A DNA stretch of 59,789 nucleotides, the filler included, from Hypanus sabinus (Eukaryota), in the NCBI RefSeq assembly GCF_030144855.1. It is 4 parts of 4 records of this genome, joined end to end, with 100 filler letters (N's around TTAATTAATTAA, not from the genome) between each part and the next. Parts side by side here need not be neighbours in the genome. Positions count along the whole stretch, not along the records: positions 18,658 to 37,560 come from NW_026780989.1; positions 37,661 to 59,789 come from NC_082715.1; 2 more parts are not named here. The stretch is one strand, 5' to 3'. Below the pieces are notes generated by a model that worked only from the letters and a program-made list of their open reading frames with translations, made no database searches and was not told where the DNA came from. Shown one piece after another: positions 35,421-49,042 of the stretch (position 1 is its first letter; each line of letters begins with the position of its first letter). The translations under genes were made by a program, and so were the position numbers.

Positions 35421-37560
35421 TCACACGCGTTATCATACATGCAGTCACTCTATCAATCTCCCTCGCTCTGAAAACCGGTGTGGAAATGGCAGTGCTTTCG
35501 CAAATTAGCCACCCTCTCTCCCCTTCAGCCTCTGTCCAACACTCCCCCGGTTTCCTCTCTCTCTCGCTCTCTGCCACCTCTCAGTTTCGCTCTTACCGTA
35601 TCCTAAAAGCAACTCCTCCCCCACCCCCCGCCACCCACACAGACATACACACACATACATCATTTCTCGCAATTCCAATTGTAAAACAGCAGAGGGCGCA
35701 AGAGATATAACTCGCGATGACAGTGTCCCAAATGCAAAAGACGAGGCTGGTACGTTCTACCGCCTCCAATGAGTCGCCCTCTTTCTCTGTCTTTGCGCCC
35801 TCTCCTCCACAGAGATACACANNNNNNNNNNNNNNNNNNNNNNNNNNNNNNNNNNNNNNNNNNNNNNNNNNNNNNNNNNNNNNNNNNNNNNNNNNNNNNN
35901 NNNNNNNNNNNNNNNNNNNNNNNNNNNNNNNNNNNNNNNNNNNNNNNNNNNNNNNNNNNNNNNNNNNNNNNNNNNNNNNNNNNNNNNNNNNNNNNNNNNN
36001 NNNNNNNNNNNNNNNTCACATTCACGATAGTGTCCTCCGAAATCCAAAAGACGAGGCAAGTAGGTTTCACCGCCTCCAGTGTGACTTGGATGAGTTGGAG
36101 AATCAGCGCCCAACTATGGGGAGAATGAATCGAGCAGGACTACCGTTGCATTAGAGTGAATAGGTAAGTGGTTATAGTACGGACTCGTTGGGCCGAAAGA
36201 CATAGGAGGATAAGATCCCGCACGTGATAACGTGGTTAGGCGGCATATAGAGCGCTGGCATCGAATCGAAAGCATTTGATGAAGCTGGCAATGATACAGG
36301 AGGCCTGAGAGATTGGTCCTATCGCCTCTGTTCTGTGTTCTGTCTTCGGGAAGCTGGTGTGTTTATGAGGTCTGGAGTGCCCGTGTCAATAAAGGCGCGA
36401 CAGGGTTGTGGGTGCCGCGAAGGATCTTTATCAGGACGTTGCCTGAGCTAGAATTCTGCGGGCAGGCAAAGCTTAACTCGGACGCTGCAAGTTGTTTAAT
36501 GCTGCCGTGTAGTGACTTTGAGATGGTACCCGGCGCCGTCTTTAAGAGGGAGAGAGACCAGAGCGAACAGGGGAAAGGGAAAAATCCGGGATCGGTGGGG
36601 GTTTCTGATTACGCCGACTGCTTTACTCGGGCGGAAAGACATAGACAGAGTTTGTGAAGGGGGTGGGTGGATTTTGTGATGTGCTCAGCTGTGCCGACTT
36701 GTCCCCGGGGTTTCCAGCGGTCGGGGGCGGTGCCGTTGCCGTACAGGGCCGCGAGGCGTCCTGACCGGAAGCGCTCTGAGGTGGCGAAAACTGGCGAGGG
36801 TGAACGTGGATCCGCAGATTCAACACCTCCTGTCGACGCAAATTCTCCCCAATCTGTGGTTCTGACGGGACGTCCTTCTATCCTGGGGCAGTTCCCTTGG
36901 CACCCGATACTCCAACACGCCACAGACTGACCAGGATGAGGGGCGTAGATAGAGGGAAGGGGCCATAGGGGTTGAGGTGGTTTCCCGACACGGCATTGCT
37001 AGACTTCAGACCCTGACAGTCCTTTGTTATCAGAGACCGCTGTCAATCTAAGGGAAGGATCTTCTAGTCGCTTTGACCGCGAAAGATGTGGCTCTATTGG
37101 CGGCGAGTCTCCATCCCACCAGCTCCTCTTTGATCGGAGGTCGCACTGAAAAGATTCACGCTCGTTGGTGGGGAACAACTGCGCGCCCCGGGAGCGCCGC
37201 GGTCGGCGCTCCGTTCCCGCTGCTGTCTGCGAGGTTTCTCCGTGACGGCGTGGGTTTCCTCGCGGCGTTCCCGGTTCCTTCCACCACTGCAAGCACCCGC
37301 GGGTCACGGTACGTGGCTTTGTCAGCGCACGGAACATGGCGACACTGGCTGGCTCCCCCTCCTCCCCCAGCCCCCACCCAGCAGAGGCCTCAGACGTTGA
37401 CGCAAAACGACGCACGTGACAGGAAAAGCTGCTCCTCTTTATCACAGAGAAGATCTCAGCCGTCTGTCAGAGAGTCACGCCCCTCCCTCCCCCCCGCCAC
37501 CTTTTTGAGCGCTCGCAGTTTTTGTTGTGCGGCGCCGAATCTCTGAGTCGCTGTGTAGAG

Positions 37561-37660
37561 NNNNNNNNNNNNNNNNNNNNNNNNNNNNNNNNNNNNNNNN
37601 NNNNTTAATTAATTAANNNNNNNNNNNNNNNNNNNNNNNNNNNNNNNNNNNNNNNNNNNN
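37561..37660. other. Artificial assembly spacer N44-TTAATTAATTAA-N44
   Basis: Exactly 100 bp; separates the TCR piece from the IgL piece. Confidence 0.95.
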
Positions 37661-39190
37661 TTAATGAGACTTCATCCTCTACCTCTACCCCCCCCCCCCG
37701 CCCCAATCATTCTTCTGAAATCCAGCGTGCACAAGCCCAGGGCCATCAAATGCTCCGTATACTTTAACTCTTTCATTGTCGGCATCTTTCCTGTAAGCCT
37801 GCTTTTGTCAGCACATCCTTTCTTTGATATGTGGTCCAGAACTGCTCACTATACTCTAAATCTGCTCTGGCTATTGCCTTTTAAAACCTTAGCATTACAT
37901 CCATGCTTTTATATTCTACTCATCTCGAAATGAATACTAACTTTGCTTTTGCCTGCAAGTTAACATTTTGGGAATCCTGCAGGATGACTTCCGAGTCTCC
38001 TTGCACCTCCGATTTCTGAATTCGGTCTCCGGTTAGGAGAAGACTGTACCTTTATTCCTTCTACCATAGTCCACGGCAATGCAATTTCCTACACTGTACT
38101 CCATCTGTCACTTCTTTGCCCATTCATCTGATCCGTCAGGATCATTCCGCGGACTCCTACTGCCTCAACACTGCCTACTCCTCCACCTGTCTTTGCATCA
38201 TCCGCAAACGTGTCCACAAATCCGTAAATCCCGTCGTTCAGATCATTACCTTCCAGCATGAAACGTAGCAGACTCAACACCCATCCTTGCAGAACACCAC
38301 TAGTCACCGGTAGCCAACCAGAACAGATTATCCTCATGCTTTTCTCCTGCCGGTCAGCAAATGCTCCGTCTATGCCTGTGATAGCTTATGCTCTTATCGT
38401 GTTAAGCAGCCTGATGTGTCACACTTTGTCAATGGTCTTCTGAAAATCCAAGTCAATAACATCCACTGATTCGTATTTGTATATCCTGCCTGGTATTTTC
38501 TCAAGGAATCTCAGCAGATTTAATAACTAAATTTCCCCTTAAGGGAACCATGCTGATCACGGCTTATTTTATCGGATGCCACCAAGTACCGAGAAATTTC
38601 CTCCTTACTAATGGATTCTAGCAATCTCAATGTGTTTAAATTTCGATTAAACATCGATATGTTTACTAAGAAACTGATTGACGTCAGACTAACTGTCCCA
38701 TAATTTCCTGCATTTTGCGTCCCTCTCTTCTGAGAGTGTGGAGTAATATTTGTGATTTTCTTGTCCAGCGGACCCATTGGCCCATTCTTGAAAGATCGTT
38801 ACTAATGCCTGTCTAATCTATCCAGTTACCGCCTTCAGAATTCTGGAGTGCAGTCCATCTAGTTTGTCGACTTATCTAACTTCAGATCTTTCAGCCTCCC
38901 AAGCTCCTTCTCCCTCGTCATAGCAACTACTGTCACTTAGGTTTAATTTCCCTTAATGCCTAATTTCGAGTTTTGTTTTCTCAACTTGATCTTTTCACCT
39001 TACTTGCGCTCCTCTTGTTCTATACCTATTAACCGGAAGTCATCAAGATTCTGGTGCTCCGTTCTAACTTCTACCCAATTTGCCTTCAGCAAGATGCCGC
39101 CCCAAAGCCCACCTCGGCCTCTCCAGTGTGTTTGAACTTCTGCGCCGTCTCAGTGTAAATGTCTCAGCTTTGATAACAAATTATCACTCA
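37661..39190 (-). mobile_element. CR1 fragments in the J-C intron of the first IgL unit
   Basis: WLPVTSGVLQG, FVDTFADDAK, NAGNYGTVSLTS; paralogous to 56095-57640. Confidence 0.85.
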
Positions 39191-40316
39191 GCCCACCTGT
39201 TTTGTTTACATTTCAATCTCTCCAAACCCGCAGGCCACTGGGTATCTAATTTTTGGATACCTCCTCATTACTTCAGTAAGTGATTTTTCCTTGAATAACA
39301 ACTCTGAGGTCTGAAACACTGGAAAATCGCTCCTTAGCATTTCTGACTTTTCGCCGCGTTTTCCTCCGAGATACTACCGTAAAACGATTTCTTTGTAAAT
39401 TTCGTTCTGTAGTCTTGATATCTTATTGTGTGAATGGGTTCAACTTTTCAAATCATTGAAAAAAAATCATTATGAATACATTGACTCAGATGTCCACATC
39501 TTCTGGATTTCATAGACCTCTGAGAGTTGTTAACGGATTTTCCTTCAGTGTGTATCACCCCGGTCCAAACAACCCTTTCGGAATTAATTGTGAGACTAAA
39601 AACTAAAAAATCCAGGTAGAAAACTTTAACTGGTATTATTTATTCCCATTACAATATTTCCATGATTTTTAGCCAATCACATTCCCTCCTTTACTGCGAC
39701 GAATCGCGCAATCTCCGAGGAGAGACAAAGACACAGCATGTCAATCAAATCCACCGCCATATCTCTTGCTTTTTACCTGAATAGCTGCGACGACATTTCG
39801 GAGTTTTGCCACGCGCTTTGCCATATCCCTTTCGGGGTTTCTTATTGGTTCTATGATTAAAGTCTTTACGATTTAACACCATGGACCATGGCAATAATCT
39901 GTCACGATGTTAACTATATATAGTTACATCAGATTGGATCGGTGTACCATGGGATATATAAAGTATGAATTACGTATATTAGAGAGTATTTCACGAATAG
40001 AGGTTTCTGTCAGCGAAGCTTCTCCAGTCGGATTTTCTTTTGCCATTCCATCGAAATTTGTTATTTTATTGCTTTGAATTTTGCTATTATGAAAAACCCT
40101 CTTTTTCCTTTACTTTGTAGCTATTTCTAGTGTTCATGATATATATTGCCTTTGATGCATTTGTGGAAGATCAAAACACATTAATGAGATTCAGTTGTGC
40201 CCGGGTTCTCATGCGTTCTGACCTTTATGGTTCTAAAATAATTGAAAAAAGACAAAGTTTGATTCTAATTTATATCAATTAATAACTCATCTCCCTGCAC
40301 TTCTTTCTATTTACAG

Positions 40317-40639
40317 GTCCGCGAAAACCCGCCGTATCCGTCCTCCGACCATCTGCGGATGAAATTCGGGGACAGGGCACCGCCACACTGGTGTGTTTAG
40401 TGAGCGGGTTTAATCCGGCCGCTGTGAATATCGAGTGGACTGTGGACGGCAGTACGAGAAGGAATGGCGTTGAGACCGGCCGGATCCAGCAGGACGCCGA
40501 CAACACGTTCAGTGCGAGCAGTTACATGACTCTGCCAGCCTCAGACTGGAACTCACACGAGCGTTACTCCTGCGTGGATAAACATGAGACTCAGGCAACC
40601 CCATATCAAACAAAAATCGCGTGATCCAGCTGTATGTAA
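40317..40639 (+). pseudogene. IgL: Ig light-chain constant exon, copy 1, premature TGA five codons before the normal stop
   Basis: Acceptor ctatttacAG; PRKPAVSVLRPS..ATLVCLVSGF..EWTVDG..YSCVDKHE..TKIA then TGA (40622-40624) where copy 2 has CGA; original TAA at 40637-40639; AATAAA at 40669-40674. Confidence 0.9.
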
Positions 40640-41214
40640 TACAACATGTTTAGAGGCTGTTTCTTAAAAATAAAACAAACGAATTTCAGCTACAGATGTT
40701 AAATTTGCGATTGTCGCTGACACATTTTTCAACCGGGAGAAAACAGGCATTGCGTCCTGGTGGACGTTCTTAAACAGCATTCGTTCTGAAATTCATATCG
40801 TCCATGTAATTTTATCCCGAAGTAATTAAAATCTATGCGATCTCCTGTGGCGTTTTTGCCTTGATCAATATTACCGACAAGAGCATCATTTTTCAAACGT
40901 TTGCGTAGATAGTGAACGTGATCAAACTTTGGCCATCCATGAAATAAAATAGACAAAATAGACATTGTGCTAGTACTTGGGTATATTTTCTTCCTGAAGA
41001 AATCATATTCACTATGGCTACATCAGAACAAGTGGTGTAATTACTTGTCAGCGAAATTTACATAAATAATAAAAGAAATCCTGATACCGCCTTTATTTGA
41101 ACATCGTGCGTATATTCAATTTCCAATTTTAGCATTGTATTCTTCATGGAAATGGTTTTACTACAGCTGGTCATATTCAGGGAGACACGGGCTTCTGTAT
41201 CCTGTGTCAGCAGC

Positions 41215-43740
41215 GGGAGAAGAAGTTTTTCCTTAACTGTGTCCTAAATGACCTACCCCTTATTCTCATACCATGCCCTCTGGTACTGGACTCTCCCAGC
41301 ATCTGGAACATATTTCCTGCCTCTATCTTGTCCAATCCCTTAATAATCTTATATGTTTCAATCAGATCCCCTCTCAATCTCATTAATTCCAGCGTGTACA
41401 ACCCAGTCTCTCTAACCTCTCGGCGTAAGACAGTCCAGACATCCCAGGAATTAACCTCGTGAATCTACGCTGCACTTCCTCTACAGCCAGGATGTCCTTC
41501 CTTAACTGTACACAAAACTGTACACAATACTCCAGGTGTGGTCTCACCAGGGCTCTGTACAAATGCAAGAGGATTTCTTTGCTCTTGTACTCAATTCCCT
41601 TTGTAATAAAGGCCAACATTCCATTAGCCTTCTTCACTGCCTGCTGCACTTGCTCATTCACCTTCAGTGACTGATGAACAAGGACTCCGAGATCTCTTTG
41701 TATTTCTCCTACCCAACCCTACACCGTTCAGATAAAAATCTGCCTTCCTGTTCTTAATCCCAAAGTGGATAACCTCACACTTATTCACATTAAACGCCAT
41801 CTGCCAAGTATCTGCCCATTCACCCCGCCTATCCAAGTCACCCGGAATTCTCCTAACATCCTCATCACATGTCACACTGCCACCCAGCTTAGTATAATCA
41901 GCAAATTTGCTGATGTTATTTTCTATGCCTTCATCCAAATCATTAACGTAAATTGTAAACAGCTGTGGTCCTAATAACGAGCCCTGTGGCACCCCACTAG
42001 TCACCACCTGCCATTCGGAGTAACACCCATTCACCGCTACCCTTTGCTTTCTATCTGCCAACCAGTTTTCTATCCATGTCAATGTCTTCCCCCCCCCCAC
42101 CCAATGCCCTGAGCTTTGATTTTACCCACCAATCTCCTATGTGGGACCTTATCAAATGCCTTCTGAAAATCGAGGTACACTACATCCACTGGATCTCCCC
42201 GATCTAACTTCCTGGTTACATCGTCGGAAAACTCCAACAGATTAGTCAAGCATGATTTACCCTTGGTATATCCATGCTAGCTCGGCCCAGTCCTATCACT
42301 GTTATCTAGATATGCCACTATTTCATCCTTAATAATGGACTCTAGCATCTTTCCCACCACCGATCTCAGGCTGACAGGTCGATAGTTCTCCGTTTACTCC
42401 CTCCCTCCTTTCTTAAAAAGTGGGATAACATTAGCCATTCTCCAATCTTCAGGAACTGATCCTGAATCTAAGGGACATTGGAAAATGATTACCAATGCAT
42501 CCGCAATTTCCAGGGCCACCTCAATTAGTACCCTAGGGTGCAGACGATCTCGACCTGGGGATTTGTCAGCCTTCAGTCCCATCAGTCTACTCATCACCGT
42601 TTCCATCCTAATGTCAATCTGTTTCATTTCCTCTGTTACCTTATGTCCTTGACCCATCCATACATCTGGGAGATTGCTTGTGTCTTCCTTGATGAAAACA
42701 GATCTGAAGTACTCATTAAATTCTTCTGCCATTTCTCTGTTTCCCATAACAATTTCACCCAATTCATTCTTCAAGGGTCCAACATTGTCCTTAACTATCT
42801 TCTTTATACCACATACATAAAAAAGCTTTTGTTACCTTCCTTTATATTCCTGGATAGCTTGCGTTCGTACCTCATTTTTTCTCCCCGTATTGTCTTTTTA
42901 GTTAAGTTCTGTTGTTCCTTAAAAACTTCCCAATCATCTGTCCTCCCACTCACCTTAGCTCTGTCATATTTCCTTTTTTAATGCTATGCAATCTCTGACT
43001 TCCTTTGTCAACCACTGTGGCCCCTTTCCCCCCTTTGAATCCTTCCTTCTCTGGGCGATGAACTAATTTTGCACCTTGTGCATTATTCCCAAGAATACCT
43101 GCCATTGCTGTTCCACTGTCTTTTCTGCTAGGCTATCCGTCCAGTCAACTTTGGCCAGCTCCTCCCTCATTGGCTCCATAGTTTCCACTGTTCATCTGCA
43201 ACACTGACACCTCCGATCTGCCCTTGTCCTTCTCAAATTGCAGAGAAAAGCTTATCATATTATGATCACTACCTCCTAATGGCTCCTTTACTGCAAGATC
43301 GCTTATCAAATCCTGTTCATTACATAACACTAAATCCAGAATAGTCTTGTCCCTGGTCGGTTCTCATACAAGCTGTTCCAAGAATGCATCCCGTAGGCAC
43401 TCTACAAACTCCCTATCCTGTGGCCCAGCACCAACCTGAGACTCCCAGTTCACCTGCATGTTGAAATTCCCCCATAACTACTGTGACATTACCTTTGCCA
43501 CATGCCAATGTTAACTCCCTATTCAACTTGCACCCAATATTCATGCTACTGTTTGGTGGCCTATAGACAACAGCCTTTTGGGACCTTTTGCCCTTACTGT
43601 TCCTCAGTTCTATCCACACAGACTCTACTTCTCCTGACCCTATGTCCCCCCTTGCAAAGGACTGAATCTCATTCCTCACCAACAGGGCCACCCCACCCCA
43701 TCTGACCACATTTCTGTCCCTACGATAGCACGTATACCCT
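41215..43740 (-). mobile_element. CR1 LINE, near-complete ORF2 (endonuclease to C-terminus), frameshifted
   Basis: GGVALLVRNE, GGSDHN, KADKSPGRD, DWRMANVIPLFKKG, SGVPQGSLLGP, KFADYTK, RPHLEYC. Confidence 0.92.
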
Positions 43741-43799
43741 TGTACATTCCTCTTGTACCCTTGTAAACCTCCTCTAAACCCTCGCTACAGCTTCCACGT

Positions 43800-46700
43800 C
43801 CTTCCTATTCCGACCAGAATCAAACACAACAATGTCTGTGTAGTCTAAACAGAATTGTATGGAAATACAACATTAGCCTTGAACTCGATCCCTCGACTAA
43901 TGCAGGCTAAATGCCTTCTAAATAACATTATTGACGAGCGGCAATTATTGAGAGATCTATGCGAGTGGACCCCAGGATCCCTTTGTCCTCTACACTACTA
44001 AGAATCTTCTCCTTAACCTTATATTCTGTCTTTGATTTCGCTCTTCCAAAGTCCATTATTTCACATTCTTCCGCATTGAAAACCATCTGATACATAACAG
44101 CCCAGCTGCGCATCCCATCAACGATCCCGTTGGAAACTACGACAATCTTATCCACAGCACCAACAGACTTGTGTCAACTATCCCATTGCCCTGTACATAG
44201 ACCATACCTCTCCGTACCACTCCCATCCATATTCTCATAATATTTAATACTTATTTTAAAAATTGAACTTATACCACATGCTCTACTTCCACTGGCAACT
44301 CGTTCCACACTCTCACTACTCTCTGAGATGAAGTTCGTCTTCATGTTCGCCCTAAACATTTCACCTTTCACCCTCAGCCCATGACCTTTAATTCTAGTTT
44401 CATCCAACCCTGGTGTAAAAAGCCTGCTTACATTTACACTATCTATTCTCCACATCATTTTGCATATCTCTATCCAATCTCCCCTCATTCTCCTATGCTC
44501 CAAGGAAGAAAGCGCTAACCTCTTCAATCTTTCCACACAAGTTACATCACAAGTTACGTCGTATACACCGCTCTACTTTTATCAACTTCTTTAGTCACTT
44601 TCTCGAAAAAGTCAATCAGGTTTGTGAGAAATGAACTGCCACCCAGTTAGCTGTACTCTGTGTAATCAGACTATTCTTCTCCAAATGCTCAAAAACTCTG
44701 CCTTTAAGAATCACTTCCAAAGTTTGTCCACCACGGACATGTAGCTCTGGTCTATAATTCCCAGGATTATCCCTGTCTCTCGGTTTCTTTTTGCACTACC
44801 TTACTTTCCCTTCTCTATTTTATAATTTTGATTGATAATTTAATTTTTTTATTATATTTACTTCGATTTGTACTCCAGAGAGCGCGAAGTGCAGAGTCAA
44901 GTATCACTGTGATGATTGTATGCTCTAGTATCAATTGTTTGCTGACAACAAAGTAGAGTAAGAAAATAAGTAAGTACGTAATCCCTTTCTTCAACAAAAT
45001 AATAACATTTGAGACCCTCCAGTCTTCTGCTACTCCTCCTGTGTCCAATGAGGGCGCAAAGATTATCACCAAGAGGGAGCATTCTCTGCCGTCGTTTCCC
45101 GTACTAACCAGGGTATACACCATTCCGCCTCGGGGCCTTTTGTCTTTTTTCAAAAGTTCGACAATATCCTACTTCTTAACGTTTTATGCTGTTTGTGCTG
45201 TCCACACACAAGTCACGGTCCTTCTCAGAGGTGAATACTGAAGAACATTATTCATTAAGGAGCTCCCCTACCTCCTCTGACACCAGGCACATGGTTCCTC
45301 TTCTTTTACTCACTCTAGTCATCCTTCTGTTCTTCACCTACGTGTAGAACGTCTTGGGGATTTCCTTAATCATACTCGCCAAGCTCTTCTCATTCCTCCT
45401 TCTAGCTCTCTTAAGTTCATTAGTCAGCTCCTTCCTGGCTGCTTCGTAACACTCAAGAGTTCTGTCTGATATTTCCTTCAAAACTTGTTATTGGAATTCT
45501 TCTTTCCTCTTGGTGGGATGCTTCGCATCTCTTGCCAACCATGCTTCCTTCTCCCTAACATCCATGTTCAACTGGGAGAACCCTACCCAGAAACCCATTA
45601 GTGTTCGCTTCACAACTTCCACATTTCCTTGTTCATTTCCCTGATAAAACTAATTCCCAATTTCTACTCACAAGCTCATGTATTATAGCATCATAATTTC
45701 CTCTCCTGCAAAACAATCTGCTCTTGTCCCTCTCCAAGTGCATGGTAAATTAGGGAGTCGTGAATGTGATTAGGGAGGAGCAATCTGACACCTGGCCTGT
45801 TCCATTGGCTAGCACTAGTACCAGTAAGGCCTCTCTTCTAGTTGGCCTGTCCACATATTCAGGAATCCTTCATTAACAGACCTAACAAACTCTGCCCTGT
45901 TTAAATCTTTTGCATGTAAGCTAATGGAATCATTATTAGGGAAGTGCGTGTATTAGCAGCTTTCCAAAATCGACCTGCAGACCTACTCCTCGATGTTCCT
46001 GAAGGTGGTGTGCGCTGTACAATACTCCCATCAGATAGAATGCAACCCCTCCTATTTCTGAATTCCACCCACGGAGACTCAATAAACGATCTCTCCACGA
46101 CTTCCTCACTTTCTGTATCTGCGATACTATCCCTGATTGGCAATACCACTCCTCCATCTCTATTACCTCCCTCCCTGACCCTTTTCGAGATATCTGAACG
46201 TAGGAACATTCAGCAGCTTTTCCTGCCTTTGTGACAACCATATTTTGTTTTATATTTTGGATCGGGAACGAGATCGTTTCCTACAAGAATAAAAAGACAA
46301 ATACATGTTATCATCGAATTTTACCTCTTACCCTTACAATGCAAATAATTTTCCACATTTCACTGGCAATTAGTTAGGAATTTTCTTCCCTCCCAACGTT
46401 CGCTTATGGTGACAAGAGCTTCCTATCTTACTGATAACTCTCCAGGAAAAGTCACAGAGAAAAGTATAAAGAATAAATGATAAAAGGAAAAAGTTTTTCT
46501 TAACGAATAGACAAAATACAGAGGCGTCCAATCACCATGCCAATGGAACTCCAATGAAAGTTGATTAGATGACAGAGTGCACAGAGGAGAGGCGGAATTA
46601 GTAGATGTTTTCAGAAGCTTACAGTCTGTAAATCATAGAAGTCTCAAAGAATTCTACGACATGAGCAACTGCTCTGAGCGTCCTTTGGACTCGGACCCCA

Positions 46701-48950
46701 GGTTCCCTCTGATCCTTCACACTACCAAGAGTCTTACCGTTAATATTATATTCTGTCATCACATTTGACCTACCAAACTGAACCACTTCACACCTATCTG
46801 GATAGAACTCCACCAGCCGCTTCGCAGTCCAGTTTTGCATACTATCAATGTCCCGGTGTAACCTCTGACAATTCTCCACACTATCCACAACACCTCCAAC
46901 TTCTGTGTCATCAGCAAATTTCCTAAACTATCCCTCCGTTTCCCAGAACTATCCCAGAATAGATTCTTGAGGCACTCCACTGTTAACCGACATCCATGCA
47001 GAATATTACCCGTCTACAACCACCCTTTGCCTTCTGTGGGCAAGCCAGTCCTGGATCCAAAAAGTGATGTTCCCTTCGATCACATGCGGCTTTACTTTCT
47101 CTATAATCCTTGCATGGGGTACCTTATCAAATGCCTTGCTGAAATCCATTTTCACTATATCTGCTGCTCTTCATTCATCAATGCGTTTAGTCACATTCTC
47201 AAAAAAAAATTCGATCAGGATCATAAGGCACGGCCTGCCCTTGACGAAGACATGCTAACTACTACTAATGATATTATATCTCTCAAAATGTTCATAAATC
47301 CTGTCTCTCCGTATGTTCACAATCAGCTTATTAATCACTGAGATAAGACTCAATGGCCCGTAATTTCCATGGCTATCGGAACTCCCTTTCTTCAATAAAG
47401 GAACAACATCCGCAAACCTCCATTCCTACAGAACCTCCCCCTTCCCCATTGATGATGCAAAAATCATCGCCAGAGGCTAAGCAATCTTCTCCATCACCTC
47501 CTACAGTAGCATGGTGTATATTTCTTCCGGACCGGGCGACTTATCCAACTTGATGCTTTCCAAAAGCTCCAGTACATCCTCTTTCTTAATATCTACACGC
47601 TCAAGCTTTTCGGTTCGCTGCAAGTCATCACTACAATCACTAAGAACCGTTTCCATAGTGAATACTGAAGTAAAGTATTCATTAAGTTCCTTTGTTATTT
47701 CCTCCAGTTCCATACACACTTCCCCACAGTCATATCTGATAGGTCCTATTCTTTCACATCAAATCCTCTTTCTCGTCACATACTTGTAGAATGCCTTGGG
47801 CTTTTCCTTAATACTGCCCGCCAAGACCTTGTCATCGCCCTTTCTATCTCTCCTAATTCCCTTCTTAAGCTCCTTCCTAGTAGCCTTACAATCTTCCAGA
47901 TCTCTAACATTACCTAGCTCACTGAACCTTTTGTAAGTTTTCCTTTCTTCTTGAATAGATTTATTTCAGCCTCTGCACACCACGGTTCCTGTACTCTACC
48001 ATAAGTTCCCTGTCTCATTGTAACGCACCTGTACAGAGCTCAACACATATATCCCCTGAAGATTTGCTGCATTTCTTCTGTACTTGTCCCTGAGAACATC
48101 TGTTTCCAATTTAAGTCTCCAATTTCTTCCCTGATAGCTTCATAATTCCCCTTACACCAATTAAATATTTACTAACTTGTCTGGTCCTATCTCTGTCCAA
48201 TGCTATTGTAAAGAAGATAGAAATATGATCACTATCTCCAAAATGCTCTCCCGCTGAGAGATCTGACACCTGACCAGGTTCATTTCCCATACCAAACCAA
48301 GTACAGCCTCTCCTCTTATAGGCTTATCTACATACTGTGTCAAGAAACCATTCTGAACAAACCTAACAAACTTCACCCCATCTCAGCCCCTCGCTCGAGG
48401 GAGATGCCAATCGATATTTGTAAAATTAAAATCTCCCATCACGACATCTCTGTTATTATTACACCTTTCCAGAATCTGTTTCCTTATCTGCTCCTCGATA
48501 TTCCTGTTACTATTGGGCGGCCAATAAAAACACCCAGTTAAGTTATTGAACCCTTCCGGTTCCTAACCTCCACCCACAGAGACTGCATAGAAAATCCCTT
48601 TATGCTGCCCACCTGTTCTGCACCTGTGACACTATCTCTGATCAACAGCCTACACCTCTTCTGCCTCCCTCCCTGTCCTTTCTGAAACATCTAAAACCCG
48701 GCACTTGAAATAACCAATCCTGTCCCTGAGACATCCAAGTCTCTGTAATTGCCAACACATCATATCTCCAAGTACTAATCCGCTTTGTTCACAACACTCC
48801 TTGCATTAAAATAGACACAACTCAAGCCTTCGGTCTGAGCGCATCCCTTATCTGTCACCTGCCTATCCTCTCTCTCGCACTGTGTACAAGCTTTCTCTAT
48901 TTGTGATCCAATCTCCTCTTCCCAAGTCTCTTCAGTTCGGTTCCCACCCC
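43800..48950 (-). mobile_element. Stack of several degraded CR1 fragments
   Basis: Minus-strand ORFs 44174-44536, 44815-45153, 46619-46980 and 47501-47719 carry CR1 RT/EN motifs. Confidence 0.8.
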
Positions 48951-49042
48951 ACCCCCAAAAATCCTAGTTTAAAATCTCCCCAGTAGCCTTAGCAAACCTC
49001 CCCTCCAGGATACTTCTCAACTTCATAGAAAAACACAAATAA

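Noticed and set aside
37073-37546. CpG-rich 157-aa ORF with a CACGTG site, possible neighbouring gene
   Set aside because: No recognisable domain, and it ends at the contig edge; long ORFs are expected in GC-rich DNA.
34192-40639. A hybrid TCR-V / Ig light-chain-C locus
   Set aside because: The neighbours are separated by a synthetic spacer at 37561-37660, so there is no evidence of physical linkage.
41028-41055. Palindromic block ACAAGTGGTGTAATTACTTGT identical in both IgL 3' flanks (also 59107-59134), possible enhancer
   Set aside because: A 28-nt identical run is not exceptional within a recent duplication.
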